From positions 29,973 to 93,972 of the IMG/VR virus record IMGVR_UViG_3300034121_000527: a stretch of 64,000 nt of DNA; one strand, given 5' to 3'. Both the position numbers and the translations under genes were made by a program. Below are positions 48,109-57,648 of this stretch, in pieces. How positions within the stretch are numbered: the first letter of the stretch is position 1; every line of letters starts with the position of its first letter. Source of the stretch: a virus. Under the pieces are notes generated by a model. The model ran no database searches. It was given only the letters and a program-made list of their open reading frames with translations, and was not told where the DNA came from.

Positions 48109-48357
48109 TCAAGCCATAGTGTCGTAAATGTTACCGTTATTACGAAGATAGTTAAACAAATCCTTTGGCAACTTGTAACTCTTTCCATCAACAAAATCAA
48201 ACTTGTCTTGACCCCAGAACATAACCCATGTTCCCTTAACTCTTGCTTTAACAAAGTCTGGGTCAGATGAAGAAACAATGACGGGTTCGTCAATAACTAC
48301 TTCATCATTTTCTACAGGTTCAGCCCAATTTGTGGTGGTAGTAATCTTGCGAGCCAT
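48109..48357 (-). CDS. Small head-associated hypothetical protein
   Basis: SD AAGGAG; directly downstream of the capsid gene. Confidence 0.65.
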   Translation of the reverse strand: MARKITTTTNWAEPVENDEVVIDEPVIVSSSDPDFVKARVKGTWVMFWGQDKFDFVDGKSYKLPKDLFNYLRNNGNIYDTMA

Positions 48358-48392
48358 GATATCTCCTTGTTGTTATGTGTTTATAAATGGCA

Positions 48393-48420
48393 ATGGGTGG
48401 GGGTTTCTGCCCCCACCCAT
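48393..48420 (-). terminator. Hairpin downstream of major capsid gene
   Basis: ATGGGTGGGGG-N6-CCCCCACCCAT, 11-bp stem, weak U-tract. Confidence 0.65.
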
Positions 48421-48472
48421 ATTACACCATTCGTACCCTCAAATGGGTTACGATTCCTTACCTTTTTTAGGT

Positions 48473-49600
48473 TCAGGAAATGGCGCCACCAAGCGTGTTG
48501 AGAATAACACGCGACTCGTGTGTGATCACACCAAAGCCCCAGATGGCGTACCAGGCAAGACCGTGCTCACGACCAAAGTCAATGACACCACCGTCACGCA
48601 ATTCAACCGGAAGGCTAATGGCATGACCAAAGGAGTTGTCACCAATCATGATGGCGTTGTAAGAATCGGCATTTTCCTGGAAACCAGCAGTACCAGAGTT
48701 AGCATCAAGGGTTGAACCCATGCCATAAAGAGGAGCAGTGGTTGCAGTAGCATCCAAGCCCTTCTTAACCTGGGTGGTTTCAATGAACACGACGTCGTAC
48801 AAGCGGCCAATTTCACCGAGCATGAAGTTGCCCGGAGCAGCGTACTTAGTGACTTCGATGAATTCCGGCCAGTCACGGAGCGAGCGGCTCTGCGACGGGT
48901 GGACGAAACACACGTAGGTGTCGCCCAAACGCGGGATGTTCTGACCAGCGAGGACTTCAACTGCGTCCTTGATGGATGCGGGGCTCAAGTAACCAGGCGA
49001 CGAAGCGGTACCAAGGGTACCTGCGTCGTACGGGCTGATAGCTCCACGGGTGGTAGCAGCCTTGCGACCGAACACAACGCTCGGAGGAACAGCCGATCCA
49101 CCACCGAACGGGATACCGTTCTTGTAGAGGGTGTTACGAGCCTGAATGTCCATGCTCTGTGCCATGTGACGACCAAGCAGACGCGAGGACGAAGCCATGA
49201 CGTCATCGAATGATGCATTGAGCAACAATTCGGTAACGGCAACGGCCTTACCCTGTTCTGACACGGTGATCTGAATCTGGCTAGCCGACAAAGCTGACGG
49301 TTCCATACGTGAACCTTCAGTCAAGTTAGCTCCAGCTGATTCATCAACCGTAAGGTTGTTGTAGCGCATGAAGTTGATGGTCAAACCTGGCATAACACCG
49401 AGTTCCGTCTTCTTCACAGCGAACTGTTCAAAGCGTAGAACCGGCATAGCCTGGAAAAGGATTTCCTTTGACCAAATTTGCTGGATTGCGGGAGATAGAG
49501 CCGAACTACCGTCAGTGTATCCTGTAACCTGGTTGCCTGTGCCTCCAGTATAGGTACCTGTTCCGGTAATTGCTCCACCTGCGGGTGCGGGTAATGCCAT
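48473..49600 (-). CDS. Major capsid protein (N4-gp56 family)
   Basis: IWSKEILFQA.P.LRFEQFA, LTEG, HP.Q..L, GEIG.LY.V.FIET, D.GRE..LAWY. Confidence 0.92.
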   Translation of the reverse strand: MALPAPAGGAITGTGTYTGGTGNQVTGYTDGSSALSPAIQQIWSKEILFQAMPVLRFEQFAVKKTELGVMPGLTINFMRYNNLTVDESAGANLTEGSRMEPSALSASQIQITVSEQGKAVAVTELLLNASFDDVMASSSRLLGRHMAQSMDIQARNTLYKNGIPFGGGSAVPPSVVFGRKAATTRGAISPYDAGTLGTASSPGYLSPASIKDAVEVLAGQNIPRLGDTYVCFVHPSQSRSLRDWPEFIEVTKYAAPGNFMLGEIGRLYDVVFIETTQVKKGLDATATTAPLYGMGSTLDANSGTAGFQENADSYNAIMIGDNSFGHAISLPVELRDGGVIDFGREHGLAWYAIWGFGVITHESRVILNTLGGAIS

Positions 49601-49639
49601 TTTAATATCCTCCGATGGATAGGTTGTTGGGTTTAATTA

Positions 49640-50410
49640 TTAGTAGCGGCCTCTAGGAGCCCGCGTTGCTGACATGAGTCTTTCACGCATTTTTACGTAT
49701 TGATCCATCGGCATATTGCGGATATCCTCCGCGCTGACCGTTTGGTAGTCCGTTTGGTTGTCCAGTGGTCCAGAGGGGGGCGCCGTAGTGGTGGTCCCTT
49801 TCAAACGAGGGGGACTCGCTTGCTGGATTGATTCAATTATAGCAGTACTTCGATCACGAAGTACTGTAATGCTATGTTCAATCTCTTCTTCACTATTACC
49901 TGCTACAAGATCTCGTAGCTCAGGAATAATCGTGTCGGTCTCAGCCTGAATGCGGCGTTGACGATACGACTCTAGTTGCTGGAGGTAACGTTCTTTTTCA
50001 AGCATTGCATCGGTGGCTTGGCGTTGCTTTTCCAGTTCGGAAAACTTCTGGCCCCACTCTTGCTCAACCTGGTTAATACGTTGATTGAATTCATCTTCCC
50101 GCTTTGAGAGAAGATCTTTTGCAGAAAGCTCTTCCATCTCACGCTGACGAGTAAGCTCGGCTTCCTTCTTAGCGCGGTCTGATGCTTCCTTAATGGCTTT
50201 CTCACGGTCACTGCTAAGCACTGACAGTTGTTCTTCCATTGACTTGACTCTATGATCGGCATCTTCAAGACGCTTGTACATCTTATCCTTCTCCTGCTGA
50301 CGGACTTTTTGAATGTCCTCTTCAGAGAAATACTTTTCTTCCTGCACCTTTGGAGCCGGGTTTTCTGCCGGATCTACGGGTACCTGAATACCATCTTCAA
50401 ATTTTGACAT
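49640..50410 (-). CDS. Capsid scaffolding protein
   Basis: Charged coiled coil between portal and capsid; M.M.QY...R C-terminus. Confidence 0.8.
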   Translation of the reverse strand: MSKFEDGIQVPVDPAENPAPKVQEEKYFSEEDIQKVRQQEKDKMYKRLEDADHRVKSMEEQLSVLSSDREKAIKEASDRAKKEAELTRQREMEELSAKDLLSKREDEFNQRINQVEQEWGQKFSELEKQRQATDAMLEKERYLQQLESYRQRRIQAETDTIIPELRDLVAGNSEEEIEHSITVLRDRSTAIIESIQQASPPRLKGTTTTAPPSGPLDNQTDYQTVSAEDIRNMPMDQYVKMRERLMSATRAPRGRY

Positions 50411-50460
50411 AAGTTAACCTCTTTTAGTTGGGCTGTTAATAGCTGAGTTAAAACGACAAT

Positions 50461-52155
50461 TTATTCTTCATCAGGAACACGACGCTGGGATAACCTAGCT
50501 CCGTATGCCTTTGCAACGATATTGTTTACCATTCCTTCTACAGGACCACCCATAACTTGAGTACCCGGTAAGGGGCCCCCTTGTCCTTGTGGTGAACCTG
50601 CACTTGTTACATTACCATTTCCAGAGGGTACCGTGCTGGTACCATCTGGGCCGGGTAACAAGCCTGTTGCCATCATGACAGCCTGATTAATTTGGGCGCG
50701 TAACATGTCAAGCGCACCCTGGTCAATGGCGTCATCACGGAGTTCTTCAAATATCTCAGCAAGCTTTTCCCGTGGGAATTCCTCACCGAGCATGCGCATA
50801 GCGCCTTCTTTAGATTCAAGACCCATAGCCATTTTGGCTTGGGCTTCGTTAAGCTTAATAAGCACGTCAATTGGCAAGGGTTCTGGCCAGTGGACTTGAG
50901 TGCGGTAAGTTAAAGGGTCCATAGGATCAAGCTGTGTAAGTTGATCCATCTCAGGCTGCTCTGTAGTAGCAGGGTTGTATATGAGAGCTTCAGGAGTAAA
51001 TATTGCTGCTGTTCTAATGATCAACTCATTAATCTTTTCAAGTCCCTTAGTAAAGTGAATGCGCTTCATATTAAAGCGGTTCATTAAAGGCTGGTATTGG
51101 ATAGCTAGAGCTACACCAGAAGTGTTTGATACCGGTTGAAATTGTCCGAGAGCTGTTTCGGGTACACCTGTGAGTTCATGCATAGCTCTCTTAAGGAACG
51201 TAATGTACTCTAAAGCTCCAGCCATGTTTCCGCTTGACTCAAGGTTAAATACACTAGCTTCTTTAGGAAGACCTGCCCAAACTTTCTTAGGACCACGTTC
51301 CAGCTGACTTGCCTTAGCACCAGTAATGATTGTCACTGGAGCAGCATGGTAGTTAATGATGTCTGATACTTCAGTCATCTTTTCATTCAACTCACGGTTG
51401 AGAGGAATGATGTCCCATATATCAGCTTGTCCCCAAGGGGATGAGGATATAGTCATGTTAGGAATGTGAACAATTGGAATGTGCCCAATAGGGTTAGGGT
51501 ACTGGTCAACAAGTTCGTCATTAATGTACTGCTCAATTGAGTCATCAGTAAGTATTTCAGTAAATGTGTAAACCTGACGAGTACCTTCAGGGCTAGTGCC
51601 CCAGAAACGATACTTCAGTTTAAATCGCAACAAACGGTCACGGTCATGAGGGTGATACTCAGGAAAGCAGTGTGCTGGGTTCAAAGCAATAACACGAATA
51701 CGACCTTCATTTGTTACCCCAATTGGGTCAACATACGGGTCTTCATAAGCTACTTTTACAAAACAGTCACCAGTTACTCCTGCGAGCTGCCCCATTTCCC
51801 AAAGAACATTATGTTTTGAGTTATCTTGTTCCCATACACGGTGTAGCAATTGGGGGATAATTGCACCGTTCTGTTCGGGAACTTTCCATTGAACACCTTT
51901 ACCAAAACAGAAGTTAGTAATGTAATCTGCCAAAGTACGTGTGTAGTTAAGGGTGATGTTTTGTTCACCCTGTTCACGTCTGTATGACCAGTGGTGACCA
52001 AGATACCAGGCCCAGCAAGCACTATAACGGTTAAGACGTGGACCATGAACTTCAAACTCTTCGTCTGCAAGTTCTACTAGGCCAAGAGGAGAAATAGCAA
52101 CAGTTAGGTCACTAGAGGAAGCTCTATAACTTGGTGACCAAAAATCAATCGGCAT
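50461..52155 (-). CDS. Portal protein (SPP1-like)
   Basis: NY....D....F.FGKG, GVTGD.F, NPIG.IPIVH.PN, SGVAL...Y.P. Confidence 0.9.
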   Translation of the reverse strand: MPIDFWSPSYRASSSDLTVAISPLGLVELADEEFEVHGPRLNRYSACWAWYLGHHWSYRREQGEQNITLNYTRTLADYITNFCFGKGVQWKVPEQNGAIIPQLLHRVWEQDNSKHNVLWEMGQLAGVTGDCFVKVAYEDPYVDPIGVTNEGRIRVIALNPAHCFPEYHPHDRDRLLRFKLKYRFWGTSPEGTRQVYTFTEILTDDSIEQYINDELVDQYPNPIGHIPIVHIPNMTISSSPWGQADIWDIIPLNRELNEKMTEVSDIINYHAAPVTIITGAKASQLERGPKKVWAGLPKEASVFNLESSGNMAGALEYITFLKRAMHELTGVPETALGQFQPVSNTSGVALAIQYQPLMNRFNMKRIHFTKGLEKINELIIRTAAIFTPEALIYNPATTEQPEMDQLTQLDPMDPLTYRTQVHWPEPLPIDVLIKLNEAQAKMAMGLESKEGAMRMLGEEFPREKLAEIFEELRDDAIDQGALDMLRAQINQAVMMATGLLPGPDGTSTVPSGNGNVTSAGSPQGQGGPLPGTQVMGGPVEGMVNNIVAKAYGARLSQRRVPDEE

Positions 52156-52504
52156 TAAAACCCCTGGTGTTAAAATCGGACAACATTAAGGCAACTATGT
52201 CAGCAGGTACATCAATGTATGTTATTGATTGTACCATTTTAAGTGGTATATGAGCAGGATTGCTGTAATATTCCGCTTTAGATTCTTTGTTTTCTTCGTT
52301 GGTATCAACAAGGAATGTTCCGGCAAGGGTTATATAATCGTCTAAGAAATCTGGAATAACCCAACCAATGCTTATTGGTCGTATTGGGTTAGGTTTGTAG
52401 GATTTGGGGTCCATCCAACCTGTTGGGCCATCAAACGCATCTAGCCAAGTAATAATAGCTAACTGTGGGGTTATTGGACTATCAACTTTCTTTTTTCTCT
52501 GCAT
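52145..52504 (-). CDS. Hypothetical phage protein
   Basis: I.WLDA...W...SIGW...YITLA...IP..MV.SI pattern. Confidence 0.6.
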   Translation of the reverse strand: MQRKKKVDSPITPQLAIITWLDAFDGPTGWMDPKSYKPNPIRPISIGWVIPDFLDDYITLAGTFLVDTNEENKESKAEYYSNPAHIPLKMVQSITYIDVPADIVALMLSDFNTRGFNAD

Positions 52505-53480
52505 TATAAAACTTCCCTCTAAAAAAGGCCGACCCGTTATGAAACGGCACTTGTTCATACCAAAACGCACCATCACCTGGTTCAAAGGTAACTATCCCAA
52601 TACCCTGCTGCCAGTCTTCTACAATGGTCATAGGTCTACCGTCCAGGTCGATTGATCCTTTGGTGGATGGGACGGTGCCGTCGCATCTTGCCAACGTACC
52701 AGGGGATGCGGCCATGATGGTCTTTGCACCATCCCAATCGTCACGGGACCGTTCAGCCCATTCACGCCGGTGGATGTGGCCATATAAGACTGAAGTCTTT
52801 TCTGTGTTGAGGTAGGCATGTGCTGTCGACCCGTTACTGCGTACTTTCGTGCCGTGTATGACACGGAGTCTTTCGTTGATCCAAAATTGTCCAGCTGGAT
52901 AGCCCGGTACATAATGTATCCCATAATCGTCGAAACGACAGAGATAAGGAATACTAAGCACAGGCCAGGACTCTGGCGTATTACCTTTACGAATCCCAAA
53001 AGCAGCTTTCGCGTTATCGAGTACAAAGTTCACCAATCTTTCTTCATGGTTTCCAGCTATCCATACAATCTTAGCGTTAGGAGCATAGGTCCGCAGCTGT
53101 GCTCCGAGGGTTGTAGCACGATCAATGGATGCTTGTGTAGTTAGTGCATAAGCACTACTAAGACGGTATTTACCAAATTCAGGAAAGTCCAAGTTGTCTC
53201 CAACTAACACAATCATGTCTGGATTTAGGGATTTTGTAATAGCTAAGGCCATCTCAATGGCGTGTTCATCATGAGTGGCTTCTAATTCGCCATTGCGGGC
53301 ACGGAAATACCCAATTTGCATATCTGGAAGGATTACGCAGGTTTGGTAACCTGGAGCGTTTGATGAGGGCTTAACTTTAATTGTTGGCATTTTTACTGAA
53401 GGACCAGGTTGTACTAATGGCCATTCAGGTTTGTTTAAAGAGTTAGTTGACAAAGCAGATACCAGATTACTCACAGCCAC
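52482..53480 (-). CDS. Calcineurin-like metallophosphoesterase
   Basis: PDMQ, GDNLD, GNHE, HG, GHIHR. Confidence 0.88.
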   Translation of the reverse strand: MAVSNLVSALSTNSLNKPEWPLVQPGPSVKMPTIKVKPSSNAPGYQTCVILPDMQIGYFRARNGELEATHDEHAIEMALAITKSLNPDMIVLVGDNLDFPEFGKYRLSSAYALTTQASIDRATTLGAQLRTYAPNAKIVWIAGNHEERLVNFVLDNAKAAFGIRKGNTPESWPVLSIPYLCRFDDYGIHYVPGYPAGQFWINERLRVIHGTKVRSNGSTAHAYLNTEKTSVLYGHIHRREWAERSRDDWDGAKTIMAASPGTLARCDGTVPSTKGSIDLDGRPMTIVEDWQQGIGIVTFEPGDGAFWYEQVPFHNGSAFFRGKFYNAEKKES

Positions 53481-53742
53481 ACCGCCCGTTCATATGACGG
53501 GAGATAGTGCTAGAACTTACTGGATACCCATTTTTTGTAAGCACTTCAGATAACCAGGAACAGGAGTAAGTCTTTGCTCTACCGTTCCCGGTATCTACTT
53601 TGATTTCTTCTTCAGCTTTATTTACTGCAGCATGCTCATCTGGAGTCATACTTTCTTTTATGCGAGTGAACGAGCACTTTTGACGAAGTGCATTCGCTTG
53701 TCGCTCCGTTAAGTCTGCAATCAGACTTGAGGAATCGGACAT
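53467..53742 (-). CDS. Small protein with C...H.C.C putative metal site
   Basis: L...GY.VS..TI.RH..G.C.C; SD AAGGAG. Confidence 0.6.
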   Translation of the reverse strand: MSDSSSLIADLTERQANALRQKCSFTRIKESMTPDEHAAVNKAEEEIKVDTGNGRAKTYSCSWLSEVLTKNGYPVSSSTISRHMNGRCGCE

Positions 53743-53783
53743 GTGATACTCCTTGTGTTACCCCACTGGAATACCAGCAGTTG

Positions 53784-53945
53784 TTATGCGGCTGTTTTGC
53801 CTTCTTTAGTATACACATTATTGCAGGAGTTTGACAAGTGTGTTACTGATTGTATTAATGAATACAATTCTTGTTCTTCTTCTGCTCCTCTAGCGACAAC
53901 TCGCTGAAGGTACTTTGAAAGTAAGTCTAGTTGATGAGGGGTCAT
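53784..53945 (-). CDS. 53-aa hypothetical protein (not in ORF track)
   Basis: MTPHQLDLLSKYLQRVVARGAEEEQELYSLI...; SD TAAGGAG. Confidence 0.55.
   Translation of the reverse strand: MTPHQLDLLSKYLQRVVARGAEEEQELYSLIQSVTHLSNSCNNVYTKEGKTAA
53808..53837 (-). promoter_or_regulatory. Sigma70/SigA-like promoter
   Basis: TTGTCA-N18-TATACT upstream of the 91-aa/phosphoesterase genes. Confidence 0.5.
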
Positions 53946-53984
53946 TAATGCTCCTTAAGTACGGAGCATCTACTCTACCAGATC

Positions 53985-54386
53985 TCAGCCAGAAACAACA
54001 GTCGGGTTTGGCAGATTCATACGGCCACCCGTGTTATATGAGTATTCAAACTGCGGCATAGAATCGCCGGCCATGCTACCCTGAACAAACTCCTGAAGGT
54101 GCTGAGGAGCTTCAATCCAGGAAGCTGAGCCAACGTGAGCACGCTCACGCATGGTCTCTTCGGGGTACTTGAAGAACATCTCAGGGTTGGTGTGGTTTTC
54201 ACGACCAGGAGCCGGAGCGGTGTCTTCATATGCACCTACACTGAAGTCATACGGAACGTCAGTGTCAGTTGCAATACCTTCTTCAAAGCGCAGTGGTCCG
54301 CGGTTGCCAGGAATGCTTGCAGCCATTGAACGCTCAAACATGGGGGTTCCTTTTTCTGGGAACATGGGGGTGGGGCCTACAGCCAT
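53985..54386 (-). CDS. Hypothetical protein next to terminase
   Basis: SD AGGAGG; RGPLRFEEGIATDTDVP; capsid-like codon usage. Confidence 0.7.
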   Translation of the reverse strand: MAVGPTPMFPEKGTPMFERSMAASIPGNRGPLRFEEGIATDTDVPYDFSVGAYEDTAPAPGRENHTNPEMFFKYPEETMRERAHVGSASWIEAPQHLQEFVQGSMAGDSMPQFEYSYNTGGRMNLPNPTVVSG

Positions 54387-54444
54387 AGTTTTCCTCCTAG
54401 TGGAATGGAAGTTTGTATATTTAGATTACCACGTTTTAGCATGA

Positions 54445-56004
54445 TTATCTGAAGAATGGGTTATCAGACACACTAACCATTGGCATTGTGTCTAATACTG
54501 ACATAGCACAGGCTATTGCCAGGCTGTCTGGGAAGTCATCAAAAGCTCCCTTTTCTTCAGGTGCAGCGGCCAGCATGTACGGGCCTCTGTAAACCTTTTC
54601 AAGGTCAGACATTTGTTGGTTAAACCGCTTCCAACTTCGTGTACGTCGTGCTTTAGAATGCCCAGGTATAACCAGTTGATCCCGCTGAATTAACTCAGTT
54701 AAATGCACCCAACGATCATTTTGGGTTTTAGCATCAGAAGTAACAGCTACTACATCAATCTTTGGCATAAGGATTTGTAAGCGTTCTGCAACTGCTCCAC
54801 CAACACCCTGGGAGTCAACACCAATACGGTATACATTATAGTTTCTTAGGAAATCAATAATTTCAAAATATTGAGATTCCCATTCTTCATTGTTGATCTC
54901 TAGCCAATTAAGAATTCTGTGTTCATAGAAACCAAACCCATCAGGACGATCCCAGTCAACCCAACATACTGTAACTACGGTTGAGTCATTTGAACGGGCT
55001 ACGTCAATACCTACGACTACTGGGGTACGCCACCACTGTTTAACAAGCCCCATTGAAGTGTCATACATCCGAGAAAGACGGTCATCACTGACAAACATAC
55101 CTTTTTCAAGAACCCACTTGTTGCAGTAGGACATCTGGAATTCGTCGGAATCTTCTCCGATTCTTACCTTCTCTTTACCTATAAACTTAGCATAGTTCTC
55201 GTTATATTTTGCAGCAGTTCTCCAGTCGTACTCAAAATGGCACTGCCTATGGTTACGTTTACTGTTTACATCTCTGCGTTTATTAAATTGAATCATTTTA
55301 TAAAAGTATGACTTGTTGCGAGTAGCTGTGCCAGTTAGTGCAATAGACCCGTTATTGAACGCCAACATTGGTTTGATGGACTTTGCAATCATGTACTCAT
55401 CAGCTTCTTGAGCTTCGTCAATAAGTACAAAGTGGTAGGTCTTAGATTCAATCTTTGCCTTAGGGTTACAGGTCTGCATACGGCAAAGGGAACCAGAGTG
55501 CTTAAGACTGATGATTCTGCCTTTACCTCGTGAACCGCCCGACGTAGCTTTATCGTCAATTTCTGGGTCAAGAAGGAAGTCCATAGCGTGTTCACTAGTT
55601 AGTTTGTTGACAATTCGGCTAAACACGGTGTCGGCCTGATCTTCAACCGGGGCAAAAACACCACACCAAAACCCCTTTTCAAACTTACCCAACCAGGTTG
55701 GATAAACCTTTGAAAGCTTAGGGAGGATGACCATCATTGATGCTAAGACATTAGACAAAACTTCTGACTTACCAGACTGTCGAGTAGCCACCAATGTCAG
55801 TTCTTCACCATCACCAATAACTATTGACTCAATTACTCGGTAAGCAATAGGCACCTGGTATGGGAAGAAGGTTACATTACAGAACTCCTCCGTAAAAAGG
55901 ATAAGCTTTAAAACAAGCTGGTCAATGAATTCTTGTGATGTTTCGTCTAGTTCAACTGCCTGAATATCCTCAGGCGAAGACCCATCTTCTAGTAGTTCCT
56001 GCAT
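54445..56004 (-). CDS. Terminase large subunit
   Basis: PYQ, TRQSGKS (Walker A), LIDEAQ (Walker B), LTGT, GIDVAR..DSTV, DDFPDSLA. Confidence 0.95.
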   Translation of the reverse strand: MQELLEDGSSPEDIQAVELDETSQEFIDQLVLKLILFTEEFCNVTFFPYQVPIAYRVIESIVIGDGEELTLVATRQSGKSEVLSNVLASMMVILPKLSKVYPTWLGKFEKGFWCGVFAPVEDQADTVFSRIVNKLTSEHAMDFLLDPEIDDKATSGGSRGKGRIISLKHSGSLCRMQTCNPKAKIESKTYHFVLIDEAQEADEYMIAKSIKPMLAFNNGSIALTGTATRNKSYFYKMIQFNKRRDVNSKRNHRQCHFEYDWRTAAKYNENYAKFIGKEKVRIGEDSDEFQMSYCNKWVLEKGMFVSDDRLSRMYDTSMGLVKQWWRTPVVVGIDVARSNDSTVVTVCWVDWDRPDGFGFYEHRILNWLEINNEEWESQYFEIIDFLRNYNVYRIGVDSQGVGGAVAERLQILMPKIDVVAVTSDAKTQNDRWVHLTELIQRDQLVIPGHSKARRTRSWKRFNQQMSDLEKVYRGPYMLAAAPEEKGAFDDFPDSLAIACAMSVLDTMPMVSVSDNPFFR

Positions 56005-56011
56005 GCTTTAA

Positions 56012-56308
56012 TTATAGAGCATCGTCAGTGAATAATACTCCCTGATCAGGAACTTCAAGAGGTTTCTTGGGCATTCCTAATGATTCATTGATTCTATCTA
56101 CTAAATAGAACAGGTCAGGAAGACTTACAAGGTAAGTGGACATATCAGGAGTGCTGGAAATAATGCTAGATACACAACCAAAGTCGTAACCCAAATGGTT
56201 AAGGTGGTCTACCAACTCATTTAAGTATGCAGTATCTCTGGTGTTACCACGCAAAATAGCCTTACGTGAAGGGTTTAAATTACCTTTATCCATATTTGGC
56301 TTGTGCAT
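56012..56308 (-). CDS. Hypothetical protein
   Basis: ORF in operon. Confidence 0.6.
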   Translation of the reverse strand: MHKPNMDKGNLNPSRKAILRGNTRDTAYLNELVDHLNHLGYDFGCVSSIISSTPDMSTYLVSLPDLFYLVDRINESLGMPKKPLEVPDQGVLFTDDAL

Positions 56309-56316
56309 TTTATTAC

Positions 56317-56538
56317 CTACTTTTCTGTCATACGATCTGATATTTCAGCCCATAGTGACTTTAAAATATCTACATGCTGGGTTACTTCTGATTCCGGCAG
56401 ATCCTTAAAACGCCAATCATCAAATGATTTACCTAGCCCCATAATAGTAGCATCCATCCAATTAATGAGTGTTGGGGTGTCAGAACGCTCAATTCTTTTG
56501 ATCTTCTTAATTGGGTCGTCTGCTTTTCTAAAAAACAT
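56317..56538 (-). CDS. Hypothetical helical protein
   Basis: ORF in operon. Confidence 0.55.
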   Translation of the reverse strand: MFFRKADDPIKKIKRIERSDTPTLINWMDATIMGLGKSFDDWRFKDLPESEVTQHVDILKSLWAEISDRMTEK

Positions 56539-56540
56539 TA

Positions 56541-56873
56541 TTACCACTTTCGGATTGTATCAGCATCATCATCTAAGTATCTTCCACCTAGTGCCCCTAG
56601 GATACCCGATGTCTCATCAGTATGGGTGGACTTACGACAAAAGCCTACTTGAAATGAGTAATTTTTGTACGAAACTTGAATACCTTTACCTATTTTCCAA
56701 GGTGGGGCAATTTGACGCATAAAACCGATAGATATAAAAGGAGCCGTTAAGCTGGTGTTATCTCTTGTAATCCAGTAAATAGGGCCTAAATACTGAAGTT
56801 TATTTAGTGTGTTCCTAAACAGGAAGTATGCCCCTATTATTATCATTAAAATACATAAACTTATTATAACCAT
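56541..56873 (-). CDS. Membrane-anchored hypothetical protein
   Basis: N-terminal transmembrane helix. Confidence 0.6.
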   Translation of the reverse strand: MVIISLCILMIIIGAYFLFRNTLNKLQYLGPIYWITRDNTSLTAPFISIGFMRQIAPPWKIGKGIQVSYKNYSFQVGFCRKSTHTDETSGILGALGGRYLDDDADTIRKW

Positions 56874-56891
56874 CTAATTGTCTTTCAATCT

Positions 56892-57635
56892 CTAGTTATC
56901 AGGATTAACACCTGATTGTGAAAGTATATCTGTGTATTCTACATATTTTTCTCTATTAGCAGAAACTTCTCCAGGATTTAGAGATGCTCCCTTAGCGTAA
57001 CCCTTTGGTTCTAACACTGCTCTGACAGCATTTCCATAGCTACCTAAAGGCCCACCTTCTTCAAATTCTTTAAAGGTGGAGTAAGTCATGGGACCATACA
57101 GTACTTCTGTTCCATACTTATGAAATCTTACCCAAGTCATGCCCTCAAGAGTAGTGTCATCTGCAATGAGGCTAAGTACAGCATCTACATCCCCAGATTC
57201 AACTAAATCTTTATATCCATCTAATCTTTTAATATCGGAACAGTTATATTTTCCAAAGTCAAATTTAAACGCTGCTACACGACTGCTTGAGCCTAATCCA
57301 TTGTATTCTTCTTGGCTAAATGGTACTGAGGTTACTTCATTTAGTTTTGTAGTTACTTTTGCTGCTAGTTCTTCACATAACTTTTGAATGCGCTGTTCTT
57401 CTTCTTTTTGTTCTTTCTTTTGTATGTCTTCATCTTTGGTGTAGTTGTCGTCAGTTATTTCAACGTCGTTTTCCCAGTCATAGTCTGAACCACTGTCAAA
57501 CTCAATTTCACGCATTTCATCTAGTTCTTTAGTCCAACCAGTGCCCTCTAGGGGTTCATCATCTAAGTAGCTTCTTGTTCTACGTTCTTTTGCGTATCGA
57601 GCTAGCCTTGCCGCAATATCTGGGTCCATTGCCAT
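56892..57635 (-). CDS. Acidic protein with interrupted KTSC-like domain
   Basis: SSRV..F.FD ... VRF..YG...Y......F.EF......S.G..V...L. Confidence 0.5.
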   Translation of the reverse strand: MAMDPDIAARLARYAKERRTRSYLDDEPLEGTGWTKELDEMREIEFDSGSDYDWENDVEITDDNYTKDEDIQKKEQKEEEQRIQKLCEELAAKVTTKLNEVTSVPFSQEEYNGLGSSSRVAAFKFDFGKYNCSDIKRLDGYKDLVESGDVDAVLSLIADDTTLEGMTWVRFHKYGTEVLYGPMTYSTFKEFEEGGPLGSYGNAVRAVLEPKGYAKGASLNPGEVSANREKYVEYTDILSQSGVNPDN

Positions 57636-57648
57636 TTTGTGTTACCTT

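Noticed and set aside
48102-48293. N-terminal extension of the 541-aa ORF in the track
   Set aside because: Overlaps the 82-aa gene; the ATG at 48101 has an SD and fits the gene packing
48460-48475. Capsid stop readthrough extension
   Set aside because: TGA is followed by ACC TAA, so readthrough adds almost nothing
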